From Octopus sinensis (lineage: Eukaryota): a stretch of 64,000 bases of DNA. This document shows, piece by piece, positions 35,765 through 49,600 of this stretch. How positions within the stretch are numbered: position 1 is the first letter of the stretch; each line of letters starts with the position of its first letter. The stretch is from NCBI RefSeq assembly GCF_006345805.1, contig NC_043001.1, positions 46,872,001 through 46,936,000 of the forward strand. The letters run 5' to 3'. Under the pieces are notes generated by a model that did not search any database, had not been told where the DNA came from, and was given only the letters and a program-made list of their open reading frames with translations. The position numbers were made by a program, and so were the translations under genes.

Positions 35765-38700
35765 TCATACAAATTAACAGAAAATGCATAATTTAACCAA
35801 AAATATGACAGTACCTTAGTTTCAGATACAATTGCATTACGCATCAGTAGCAACAGAGCCAAAAGTACTAGGAAACCGCCAAGACTTAGGAGACCATATT
35901 TAACTCCAAACATTACTTTCATTGGAATTCCCACCTCATCTTGGAACTTCTTAGCAGTCTCTGAATCAACTTCAGCATTCTGAAAATATGAAAAGTAAAA
36001 GAAAGAGGAGAGTAAATGTTAAAGGAGGCAATAAACTTTGATATATGGGTGGATATGTACATGCCTGCAAGTACGCTAGTGCATGTATCTGTGTGACTTT
36101 GTGTGTTTGCCTTTATGTATACACGTGTATGTATACATGTATACATATGTATGTGTAACGGTTAGTTCTTCATTGGTGAGTTACCATTTTGTAACTAATG
36201 TAGTAAAGGTGTTGGTTGCCAGTAAGCAAGATGGAAGAAGAACAGTGATCAATGTTGTAAAGAAACATTTATTTACCGTTACTTTGTATATATCCAAAAC
36301 CACGATGGGTTGGTATGTATAATTAGTAAATGGAAAAGCATGCGAGGTAAAAAGAGTTAATTTCAGCCAGTATGTGTGTACACAATCTCATAGTAGTATA
36401 TATAGAGAGATATGGTAATGTTAGAGAGAAAAGAAAGTGAGTCAGTGAAAGCAAGAGAGTGTAGGACGAGGCAGCTCCTACATTGGTTAATTCCATAGTT
36501 GTCACACTGTGAAGTTACCTCAGTCGAGACAGCATTTTGCTTGAGCCAGTCAGCCACCTCTCTGTCCGTCACTCTCACTAACTGACTTTGGCTTGTGGAG
36601 GTCTTGCTTTTATAACTATCCAAAACCAGCCAGTAGGATAAACATATTGCTGGAACAATCGATTTTGTTGGGGTTTGTTATCTCTGTTCTAGCTTTTGGT
36701 GGCCTAGAAGAGGTTAGAAGGGTCAAGTGGTAAAGACATTATTCTGCTTAGCAAAAGCATCTGGCAAATGTAACTGCTATCATTCACAGAAAAACTATTG
36801 TTTCACCGTGAGAAAATGCTGTTGAACTGTTAAGTGAAATTTGGTGATCTAGGATCAAGTCCACGCTATGCCTGTATGAAGCCACTACATCACTCTCTCT
36901 CCAGAGAGGTTACAAGAAAAGGAAACAAACAATCGAGGAAGAGAAAGAAATGCATGGTTGAAGAAAAATTTTGCAAATCAGGAGAGAGGTTCAGGGAAGT
37001 GTATATGGGATAGATATTTATTCAAGTGAGTCTGAATAGCAGTGTCGCTTTTTGTGCCAGAATGTGCAGTCAGTGACTGGGCAGTACGGAAAATGAGTTA
37101 ACACCTATGTGCGTGTGAGGACGTATACACGAGTGCAGGTGAACGTATCAAAATTCAGTATAAAATGAACTCAGGTTAGCGAGTGAGTGTATTTGCAATC
37201 CAGGATACCGAGGCTCTTCCTGCAAGATTGCAGTGTGTGAAAATGCCTTGAAGGTTTTTCTGAAGTGAAACGTGTCTGATATTGTTGTCGTGGTTAATTG
37301 TTGAGGTTAGCAAGAACGACAGTGGAGCATGCTGGAGTGATGCATGAGACAGGTAATTTTCTCCATTCATTACGTAACCAAACAGGGGTCTAACAGAGGG
37401 AAACTATGTCTAAACATGAGTGCAGATCATGTGAACATCTGACGTGCATCAAGTTAGGAAAAGAGCTGAGCTAAGCTGGCACAGACATGTTGAAAAACAA
37501 GGCAGTAGAGGCATAATAGAGTTGCATGTACATGTGTGCATAAAGGCTCACAAGGCAGTGAGCTAGTGCATTAATTACAGTGTACAATGTTGAATATGCC
37601 AGTGCTTAAGGCAGTGCTGGATATGCAGCCAATGCATGAGGTATTAAATGCCTTGGAATGTGCAAGAGCAAAAGTGTGACATGTTGGCGTGTTGTAAGGG
37701 ACAAACAATTTTCTCTATGTATATGGGCCTGACCTAGGCTTTTACAGAGGTGAGTTGTATCTACAAGAGTGCAGGGAACATGAAAAACAAGCGAGAAAGG
37801 CATGGTGTGGTGCATGAATGTGACAGTGTTAGCATGTATGTGTGCATGAACAATGTGTGCAAGGCCAGGTGCTGAGGAAAAGTGCATGCCTGTGTGTATG
37901 TAAGAATACAAACATTTTCAAAGTGAACAGAAAAAAAAGTACATAGAAAATATGAATAATAATATAGAACATTCAAAAAGATATGAATTTAGTTGTTTTA
38001 GTGAAACGAGTCGTCACAGAATATGTGCATTGCGGAATATGTGCATCATGGAATATGTGCATCATGGATTATGTGCATCATGGATTATGTGCTTTGCAAA
38101 TTATGTGCTTCGCAGAATATGTGCATCGTGGAATATGTGCAACATGGAATGTGTGCATTGCAGAATGTGTGCATCATAGTATATGTACATCACGGTATAT
38201 ATGCATCTTTCCATTTCTGCAACAAATCACAGATGGAAATTGGCTGGGTGAGGTTAGTCTCATTCAATTAATGTAGGACCCAAACTTCAAGCCAGCTGAC
38301 ATAACCAAGTTGATGCAGATGGTTTTCAATGCTTGATTTGGAAACTTGGAGAATATCTGTGATCATTATGGTCATACAACGGGGGTTGTGGCAATTAACT
38401 CCTTAATTTTGTTGTTGTTAATCTCAGTTGCCTGGATGGAAAAAGGTGTGACTTAAACTGAAAAATTTTCCAATTGAAATCTTGAAAAACCACTTCTGGT
38501 ACACATGTTCCACAACAGCTTCCACTAATGCATATCGTTCTGCAGGTTTCTACCACTTTTTTGCCTTTTTTAAAATTAAAAAAAAGCATGAGGTGTTGAT
38601 AATGTTTGTTTTGGTTTTCCCTTTCAGGATGATTCCTAACACAAAAAATACAACTTGTCACAAGTTTGTATTGAACTATTGAAGTGTCAAGTATCTGATG

Positions 38701-41700
38701 AGTGCACTTGTGCAAGAGACAGATTGAAGTTAGCTGCTTACGAGAGTGCTTAAAGTTTAGTGTCAACAAAAACTGAATGGATATCTTGGCCAACCTAATA
38801 CCTTGGAAAATCATAATTATAATCTAGGAATGTTGTATATGATGGACAAGAGAAGCTGCATCAAAGTATCAGCCCTTAAAAGCTTTTGATAACTTTTCTT
38901 TTTCAACTTTTAGTCCTGGGATGAGAAAAGACAGAGTACATAAATTTTGCTAAGTCACTTAAATTGATGAATTTGGTGTGACTGATGGTCAGTTTGGATT
39001 TCTTTAGGGAAATTGAAGGCATGAAGGGAGTTCCAGAGGGCTGCAGGTCTGGAGATGAGGGTTTTGAGGAAAGCACTTAATATAAAGCTTAGCACAGAGT
39101 AAGAATGATGAGAAAGGATGTATGAAGTGATCTTGAGATTGTTGTGGGTACAATGTATTAGTTCAAAAGAGCAGTAACTAAAGAAGAATTTGCAGTAATT
39201 AAAGAAGAAACTGAAAATACTTTCAGATCTAGAAGGAGAGGGTGGCACTATACTTTTCCAGAAGAATAGGGTAGAAAAGGGTCAAGTACTTACCTCATCA
39301 ATCCACAGGACTGGAAGAGCTTTTTTATCTAATTGCTGAGATATTCTGCATACGGTTTTTATTCCATGTTGAAAGTTGTAGAAAGCATGATAGATAAAGA
39401 GAATGAGTGAGGAAAAAAATGTGTATATATATATATAATGTGCATGCATGTATATGTATGTGTGTGTACGTGTCATTGTACCTGCTTGTATTTTCATCTG
39501 TCCATATATTTTCGGTTTGTGTGTGCGTGTGTGTGTGTGTGTGTGAGTGTGTGTGTGTGAGTGCATATGTGGATGCATGCATGTGTGGACAAGTGGCACA
39601 TTCCAGAAGTTTTGGGACTATTTTAGGAGAGGCAAATTATAACTGTGAAAAATTATTTTTATTTGAGTATATCATTACTATACATCTACCAACTTTTGTT
39701 ATTCCAGATTGAAGGAGACAATCATAGCAGCACTTTGAACACTCCCTGCTAAATACTGCTTGTCACAGCTGACTAGTTTGCAGAATGCAGTTGGGGTGTG
39801 AAGATAGTTAGGAAGCTTGCTATGAAATAAAGTTTTGTTAAACTGGGCGAAAACACTAGGGAAACTTATGAAATGTTCCACATTGCTTATGGATTAATTT
39901 GTATGAACTGAGCATCTGTTTCTCACTGGCACAGAAGTTCAAGGATAGTAGAGTTGAGGTGAGAAACAATGAGGAGTGTGGAAGGGAGAGGAACATCAGA
40001 ACATTGAAATTAGTTGAGAAAATTTTGCAATTTTGTGAATGACCATCATATGTCTATAAAGACAATAAGCATAGCGTTTGGAGTTGGTGTGGCAAGTGTA
40101 CATGGAATTATTCATGAAGATCTAAACATGTGCAAAATTTGTGCAATGTTTGTTCCCAGGGTGCTCAGTGATGAACAGAAGGAAAGACAGCAAGGAGATG
40201 GTTGAACTCATCACTTCCAATCCAAGAGTTTTTAAGTCTCTGGTGACCTGTGATGAAAGCTAGATCTACTGTTATGATCGAGAGACCAAGAAACAGAAGT
40301 ACCCAATGGAAGCATTTCAACTGCCCCAGATAAAAGAAGGCCAAGCAAAGCAAGTCCACTGGAAATCTCTTAATGATTCCATTTTTTGATAGCAAGAACA
40401 TCATCTACATACACTGGATATCCCCTGGCCAGAGAATTAACAAAGAGTACTTTGTGGAAGTTTCAAGGGAGTTCAGAAAGAGATTTTGACACAAAAGGCC
40501 AAAGCACTTCCAGTCAGGTCAGTGGCACCTGCACAAGGGCAATGCACCAGTCCACAATCCCATCCTGGTAACCAACTACTTGAGAGAGGTGGGCATCAAA
40601 ACTGTACCTCACCCCCACTACAGTCCAAACCTTGCTCTCTGTGACTTTTGGTTGTTTCCTAAGCTGAAGAACTTTAGGGGCAGTCATTTTGAAGACATTA
40701 GGAAGATGAAGGAAGCTGTGACAAGGGTCCTGGACATCTTCCCTTTGGAGGGTTTCCTATTTCTTTATTGCCCACAAGGGGCTAAACATAGAGGGGACAA
40801 ACAAGGGATTAAGTCAATTAGATCGACCCCAGTGCATGACTGGTACTTAATTTATCGACCCTGAAAGGATGAAAAGCAAAGTTGACCTCGGTGGAATTTG
40901 AACTCAGAACATAACAGCAGACAAAATACCACTAAGCATTTCTCCTGGCATGCTAATGTTTCTGCCAGCTCACCGCCTTATTTGGAGGGTTTCCATGGGG
41001 TCTTCAGGAAGCAACTGGAGCACTTCAAGTGCAATGAAATCAGGGGATCCTACTTCGAAGGAGATTAGTGTTTTGTGCTTTGAAAAAGTCTCAAAGTTTC
41101 TGGAATGCACCTTGTATGTGTATATAGGAGCAAATACAGCACACATACACAGAATGATGGAAATAAATGTTGATAATGTTGTGAACAAAAGACTTATTCA
41201 TTGCTTCTCAGCATCATGTAATGCAAATAGAGACTTTGGTAGTTCTTTAGTGCACCCAGAAACAGGTTGCAATAAATAACTACAGATGATAAAAATTAAC
41301 ATTGTTTAAGTTTAAATATTCATTCATACAATTTTACATCCATTATTCCATGCTTGCATGGGTTAAAAGAATATATTACTGAGACATTGTTTTACAGCTG
41401 GATGTAAACTCTTAACCTGTTTTTCAAGTGATCTCTTATTTTATGTATCCATGAAGATGCAAAACAAGAGGACATGTTATTGAAATAAGTAATAACAACA
41501 CAATCACTTGTAGCATCTGTATTAGAGCAGAAATATGCAAGTGTATACATAGATATGCATGCATGTGCGTGTGTGTATGTATACATATAAATATATACAT
41601 ATATATATATCTCTTATTATAAAAGGCAGATTTTATCTGCTTCCCTTTGGGAGTTATACAAATCTACAATATAGGATTTCTTCAATTACAATTTACCTAG

Positions 41701-44700
41701 CATTTTTAAGAGTACAATGCATCGCGTCATGCCAGGTCCAGTTTTTAAAATTTAAACTCCAATTAAGCAAAATTTACAGAAAACTCACATTCTGGTGTGT
41801 GTGTCAAATGCTTTTCTTAGTCTGGTTTACACCACACGCAAACGCACACACACAGTGGGCAACGAATAAAATGAAAGTAAATAGTGACAGAGTGATTAAT
41901 TTGAGGAAGACTAAACTGAAAGTGTTTAAACCACTACTCAAAAAATAAAAAAACACAGCAAACAGAAACAAATAAATACATAACCATTTAATCCTCACAC
42001 AACTTCTTCAATTAGAATTTACCTAAGATTTTTCAAAGTACTCCATTCGCTCATGCCATAATATATTTCTTTCAATTTCACCCCCAATTAAGACAAAATT
42101 CGAGAAAACTCAATATTTTAACATATCACTCCGAAAGCATTGATGTACATGTGTGCGTGCGTGAGTGTGTGTGTGTCATTCCTCACACACACGCATACAC
42201 ATACATATACAACTACATACACATACAACTACATACACATACAACTACATGCAAACACGTGTGTGTTTGTTATTAGTAAAAAAGGCGCAAAAACACAACT
42301 CACTTATCATTCCAACACATTTGCAAAGACACACGGAGGACAGAAAAGGTAAATTGGTTTTTATTTTACTCTGTATATATTTTATTATATAATATTATAT
42401 ATAGATATATGTATATATAATTGCAGTATGAAACAGTGTTTATGTATAAACAGACGACACTTATATATAGTTACCAAGCCGCCCGAATTTACCTATTCAT
42501 ATTTAAATGAGAATATCAGAGCAAATCTCTTTAGTACATTCGTGAAAACACGTATTTTTGTACAAAAATCGAAGTGTAATTTTAATTCCGTGAATTATGG
42601 GAGATTTTTTTCCGAAATTTGTTCCTATTGTGTTTTCAAAATTTTTAATTCTGACAAAAAATGGATACGAATTTCATTATATCAAGCAGCGAGTCAGAAT
42701 TCGAAGGATTTTCTACTGAAGACCTTCATAAATCTAACTCTATGACTGAAAAAAAAAAAGCATCTTTATATAAGAGTGAAGTTGTGTGTCTGTCTCCTAC
42801 GATTTAGATTCCTAACTACTCCCACATTTTGCGGTGCAGTTTAACCAAAAGCGGGTATCTTATAGTCGTGATTCATATCGAGCCCTTCTGGGTATTAGCG
42901 TGCGTCTACGATGAGTCTACGATTTAAAAAAAATTTACCATCATATTTTTCCATTTTAATGCATTTTTTTCGCTTTTATATAAGGGAAGTAACTCTCTAA
43001 AAATATCTACGATGTGTCAACGATTTAAAAAATATTTACCTTAATTTTTTTTCAATTTTTAATGCATTTTTTGGCTATAACTCTCTAAAAATGCTTATAT
43101 AGTTATTTCCCTTACAACCCGAGCAACGCCGGGCGATACTGCTAGTATATATATATATATATATATATATACATACAATACATACATATATACATACATA
43201 CATACATACATAAACATATACATACATACATGCATACATACATATATATAAGTACCCAGCACACTCTGTAAAGTAGTTGGTATTAGGAAGAGCATCTAGC
43301 TGTAGAAACCATGCCAAATCAGACTGGAGTCTGGTGCAGCTCCCCATCTTGCCAGCTCTGGTCAAACCATCCAACCCATGCCAGTATGGACAACGGATGT
43401 TAAATGATGATGATGATGATGATGATATAATATATATATATATTTTCTGAATTTGTGTCTAGAATAATATATCAGTTGAATAAAGTTATAAAATGGTTTG
43501 GTTTTTATGTTTTTTATTATTGTATTTAAAAATTTTTTTACAAAGTTGAAATGTGTTAAACATTAAATAGATATTTTGTAATGCTCATAAAGTTCAATTA
43601 CTGCTTTCATACGTTCATAATAATCATCAGATTTCAAAATGTATTTAACTAACAGTTGAGTTCTTTAAAACTGTAGTAAAATGACTGACTTCTTCCTTTT
43701 TTACATTTTAGAAGGCTCCAACAAGCTGAATTTTTCGAATACGGTTTTGACCAATCTACATGCAGCTTAAACATCACATTTTACCAGGTGCACCAATATT
43801 ACTGGCATAAATCCTGCCTTTATTTTATTAATTACCTTGCGGTTTACTTGTAATGGTTTTATGAGTTAGCAAGCTTAGTTGGTTTCAATCGCTTTTATTT
43901 CAATTGATGGGATACTTATGTAATTTTTTAATCCACATCATTAACTGGTTGTTATATTATTGTTGTTATTTCCATTCAGAACAGGTTTGAACATTTTAAT
44001 AAAACATTTTTCTTTTATCTTTTTTCCAACCTCACTTGTATTTGAAAAATTCAGCTTGTTGGAGCCTTCTAAGAGGTATAAAAAGGAAGAAGTCAGTCAT
44101 TTTACTACAGTTGTCAAGAACTCAACTGTCAGTTAAATTACATTTGAAATCTGATGATTACTACGAGTGTATGAAAGTGCTAATTGAACTTTATGAACAT
44201 TACAAAATATTTTTTCAATGTTTAACACACTTCAACATTGCAAAAGAATTTTTTTAATACAATAATGAAATGAAAACAAGATCATGTGTTAACTTTATTC
44301 AACTGATATATATATCATAAAAACTCATGTAATTTACACAGGTAACTTTCAGGATAAAATTTGCTAAAAAAAGCTACTCATGTAAAATTCACAGCCAAAT
44401 GTTTTCAGAATTGCTGATATGGCCAGGGGAAAAAGGTCTGATTTTCTACCTATTCTTGTTGGAACCTTTGATACAAAGTATCGAAATTTGAATTCCTTTC
44501 ACACTTATAAACTATCAAGCAAACTTAAAAGTTTGTCATTACCATTATTGTCAGTATGGGCAGAACTTATGAATTGTTTACTGTGAAATTAAATATTGTT
44601 GAATATATTTGAACATGGCAATAGAGCTGCTAGAAGGCATTTTAATGTTAATGAAGACAATAATCAAAATTGGCATAAAGAGTACGACAAACTTAAAACT

Positions 44701-47580
44701 GCCTAGTAATTAAGATGCCAATAGGGGTAAATCTGCAAAATGTTCTGAGTTAGAGACTGAATTTATCATTGGATATGTGACAAACATGATGAGGGTTTTG
44801 GTGTAAGTACCACCAAGATAACATTACGTGCTAGTCAGTTATTTAAGACCAAATATAGCTGATAGTGTGGACTTTAAAGCTTTGTTCAACTGATGCTATC
44901 ATTTTAGGATTTGTTATGACTTAAGTGTAGAATAACAATTGCGCAGACTTTCTGAAGATTATGAAGAAAAGTTGACAAATTTTCAGAGTTATATTATCAA
45001 AGTTAGAAGAAAATATAATATTGAACTGTCATGCATTGGGAATGCAGACCAAACCTCTTTAACATTTGATTTGCTGTATGACACAACAGTGACACATGTT
45101 AATGAAAAATCAGTTAAAATAAGAACAACTGGAAATGGAAAGAATAGATTTACTGTGATACTAGCATACTTGGGAGACAGAACAAAATTGCCACCATATG
45201 TTTTCTTCAAAAGAAAAACATTGCCAAAGTTAAACTTTCCAAAAGGCATAATCATTAGAGTCCATGAAAAAGGTTGGATGGCTGAATCCAACATGAAAGA
45301 ATGGCTAAGACTTGCATGAGGACAAGTTCCCAATACCTGTGAACATAGTTTATTAGTTTTGGATGCCATAAGTCGGACTATATGAAAGATGTATTAAGAA
45401 GTGACAGCTATGAATTTGCTACCATCCCCAGTGAAATGACTTCAATTTTGCAGCTGTTAGATGTTGGTGTGAACAAATCCATGAAATGTGCTTTGTGCCA
45501 AAAGCGGAACAACTGGATTAGTGGCAATAAATATTCTTTTACTAAAGGTGGCCATATGAAAAAGCTCGAATTAGACAAGATATGCCAATGGATTCTTGAG
45601 GTATGAAATGAACTTGACCCCAAGATCATTGTGAAATCATTTCTTAAGTGCAGCGTTTCCAACCATCTTGATGGTATGCAGAATGATGTTTTGTGGCAAT
45701 CCGAACCTGCTACTTGCGATGATCATGCTGACGAACAAGATGATGTCATGGATGTATATTATCATGACAAGGACACTAATGAATTTGATGCAGAGGCATT
45801 TTTATGTCGGATGATGAGGACAAGTTCTTTGGATTTGATAAACAGGATTGACTTTAACAAGCGAATGGTAAATACCAGTGCTCTCAATCACCAATGAGAT
45901 TGAAACACGAACTGCTTAATAAGAATATTATCCATTTCAATATAATAATATTTGTTATGCATTGCCTGTACATTTTCATATAGTACATAAAAGTTTTAAA
46001 ACTGTTTGTTGTTTTAGTTAAGTAATGTTCAGGAAAATCTTATTTTAGACATGATTGCAACTGAACAGCTGCACATTGCTCCTAATAGTTGGTAGCTCAC
46101 AGCAATGTCAAGAATGGTAGTAATCAGGATGTAAATTGAAAACATATACATCCTTTTCCTTACCATCCTCACCAACTTTGCTGGTCTCACAATAAAACAA
46201 GAAAATCAGACAAAAATAAAATCATAATCAAGATTATCCAAATCATTACATTTTTTCAGTCAAGAATACCCATATCACTATGTATGTCAATGGTACTCCA
46301 TAGCGTTAGGTAGAAACTGCAAGCAATATAAAATATGACCCAGACTGTGATTACCAGCATGACACTAGACTTCAAAAAGTAGTTAACCATTTAATGGTTT
46401 TAGTAAATTTATACATAAAAAGTAAGCATTATACTATCCAGCATGAATAAAAGTCAACTTCATTATATTTAAGCCCTTGTTTTTTTTTCTGTAAAAACCT
46501 ATTCTGACATCAAATGAGTCAACTTTTGGTAGGAATGTTTACATTTTGTGGATCTTTTCGGTTTGAACGGCAGTTTTTAACATAATTTCTAGGTAACTAA
46601 AAAATTTTAATTTTGTATACTGGTAGAATGTGTTTATAAAACATCTTTTTCTCTTGGCTTTATTGAGAAACTTCTATAGTTTGTAAGATATTTGTTGTTT
46701 TTTTTCTTCAATTTCTGCAATTTCAACCAATCACTGACGTCTATTGAGCTAAAAAACATTCTGTGCCTTATGAATATGTCCCTCGTTTAAGAAACAGATT
46801 GGGTTTATTTACATTTCTGAAGAAAAAAAGATACCCTTCCCCCCACCCCTAACTCTAACCCTAACCCTAAAACAGATTGAAATGCAATAGATCAATACTA
46901 GGGTCATAATTATGGGTGACAATTTCATATGACCCCGCTAGAAAAAACAATTCTGGAAATGATCTACTCATGTAATTTACACACTCTTGAAGTTTGTTTT
47001 CATTTTTGTGAAAAAAGTGCGTAAATTACATGGGTTTTTACGGTATATGTGTATATGCTGTACTTGAGAAGATCCATCAAACCAAGTAAAATCCTAGTCG
47101 TGGCAGATACTGGTGCCATGCAACTGGCATGTAAAAGAGCACCCATTACATTCTCAGTGGTAGGCGTCAGGAAGGGCATCCAGCTATAGAAATTATGCCA
47201 AATCAGACTGGAGTCTGGTGCAGCCCTTCAGCTTACCAGCTCTGATCAAACCCTCCAATCCATGTCAGCATGGCCAGCAGATGTTAAATGATGATGATGA
47301 TAATATACACACACACACATATACATACATACAATAGCCTGCTTTTGGTCTTTGTCCTCAAAATTTACTCACAGGCATTGGTCAACCTGGGACTAAAGTA
47401 GAGGCCATTTGCCCAAGGTGCCATACAGTGGGACTCAACTCAAAGTAAACTTCTTAATCACACAGTCATGTCAGTGTGTATAAATTTGTATACACATATA
47501 AGCATGCACACATATGCATGAACACACACACAAGCATACAACTATACATATATATATGTATATATGTGTATATGTATATA

Positions 47581-47640
<60 letters not shown>

Positions 47641-49530
47641 TGCATATATCTATAAAAGAGATCATAATATTTTTAACAAGCTGTAATGGAATAAAATAAC
47701 TAAGTAAAATACAATAAACCAGTACTCACGTTATTCCTGGAATGGCTTCAATCATAAGATTTATCTGTAGACGTTTTGCAAGATGCAGTCCCAGACCTGT
47801 TGTCTGAAGCACAAATGAAAATGCAATCAGATTTTCATGTTTCATTTATTAGGAATATGTAAAGTTAAGTGGGTTAAGAGTTTTACATGAACTAACAAAT
47901 CCAACATGCAAGGTCAATGTACATGATCATAATCTATGAAACAGGAGCATTGTATGGTGATCTCATGCTGGGCAAAATGCTTAGTAGTATTTCATCCATC
48001 TTAACATTCTGAGTTCAAATTCTGCTGAGGCTGACTTTGCCTTTCATCTTTTTGGGGTCAATAAAATAGTACCATTTGAATAGGGACATAAATGAGGGGG
48101 ACATCATAAGGGCAGACAACAATTTGTGTGGGGATTTACATAAATGATGGGGGAGAGGGAAATGGAAAAGGGAAACGCATAGGATAATCAAGTCCAACAT
48201 TATTTGTAAAAAAACAAAACAAAAAAAAAACAAAGAATCATACAGGACGATCGTTTTGATTACAAGTCAATTGAATTGGAGCCAACCAGAACCTGAAAAC
48301 AAAAGCACTCTAGAATATAAATCTGGGGGAAAAAAGAACATAAGTTAGTTAAAAAAAGATCTTACTGGTTCAATGTCCAGTTGAGTGGAGTGCTTTTCTG
48401 GGTCTGGTTTTAAACCAGTCACATTGTTTATTACTGCAGGATCAGCTTGGTAGAAGTGAGGTTGAGAAAGCACAATGGGAGCATCTGAAAATGATAAACA
48501 TAAATATTATACATATGCTAAATTTATAGAGTTCTAAGCACTCCCGTATTAACACAATGCTCTTTTATTTTATATTTAATATATTTGCACATTATGTCTG
48601 GTACTTCTATATCCAAATTTTCTCTTAATTCATTTGTACTGTACTGTTCATGCACACCAACATTACACATCTAGCAGATCACCTCACTTCATTTCTTTCA
48701 AGTTTTAGTAAATCTTTGCATTCAAGGCTCATGTCTCACAAACATGCAACATTGCAGTTTGTACACAAGCACTATACAATCTGCCCTTCACTGAGAGTGA
48801 GAGTGACTTTGTCACCAGCAGAGGTAATAGGTCCTTGAAGTTCTTGAAACTTATTTTAATACTGACTGTTATGGTTTCAGAACACTTATCTCCTTTTATA
48901 ATTAGCTCCCCCAGGTTAAAAAAATTCAATTAACTATTCTGAGAGAACCAGCAAAGCACTTGAATGAGTGCATTTTCCATGTACTCTGAGTTTAATGATT
49001 ACTACCACAGTGGATCTTCTACATATGAAGTCTACTTTCTCCAATTGCCAGCCTGTATATGTATATGTATGTATGTATATATATATATATATATATAGTG
49101 CCTTATTATTTAACATACTGTTAAATAATAAGGCACTAAAAGAGAATGACTCTTCCCAGACACAACAGTATATATACATATATATCAAAACACACACTCA
49201 CACAAAATGAGACAAACTACTCACCTTGATGGCATTTGCTAACATTCAACAGACCTGATGGCAAACAGTTTGGAGTACAAAATCCCTTATTTGCAGGCTC
49301 TATATCTCCAGTAGCAAACAAATCAGGAGGTGGTGTGTATCTGTTCACTGGAATATCATGTACTGTCAGTTTTTTGTCAAATGTTGCATGAACAGAGCTA
49401 AAATAAACAAATAAAAAAATAAGAGTAGAAATTATAACAACTATTGCTTCTAACTTAGGCACAAGACCAGCAATAGTTAATATCATTGATCTCAGTACTT
49501 AGTTGGCACTTTATTTTATCATGCTTGAAG

Positions 49531-49600
<70 letters not shown>

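Noticed and set aside
35647-35814. Read-through of the TM exon into a poly-Asn/poly-Tyr tail (track ORF 35647..35934)
   Set aside because: The extension is a translated microsatellite beyond a GT donor.
36363-36623. ORF with TDREVADWLKQNAVSTEVTSQ, faintly like the SAM-domain start of ASK-family kinases
   Set aside because: The resemblance stops after about 20 residues, there is no suitable acceptor, and the ORF overlaps the TATA/Inr of the LTR-like segment. Most likely chance; an HMM search would settle it.
38019-38207. Regular short repeats as a CRISPR-like array
   Set aside because: The units are contiguous with no unique spacers, and the context is eukaryotic.
46160-46195. Minus-strand donor-like GATG|GTAAGG as an extra SCARB exon
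   Set aside because: There is no good acceptor, it lies within the pogo element, and the flanking exons join without it.
46847-46870. CCCTAA repeats as an interstitial telomere
   Set aside because: Only four units, one imperfect, inside a dispersed-repeat-like insert.
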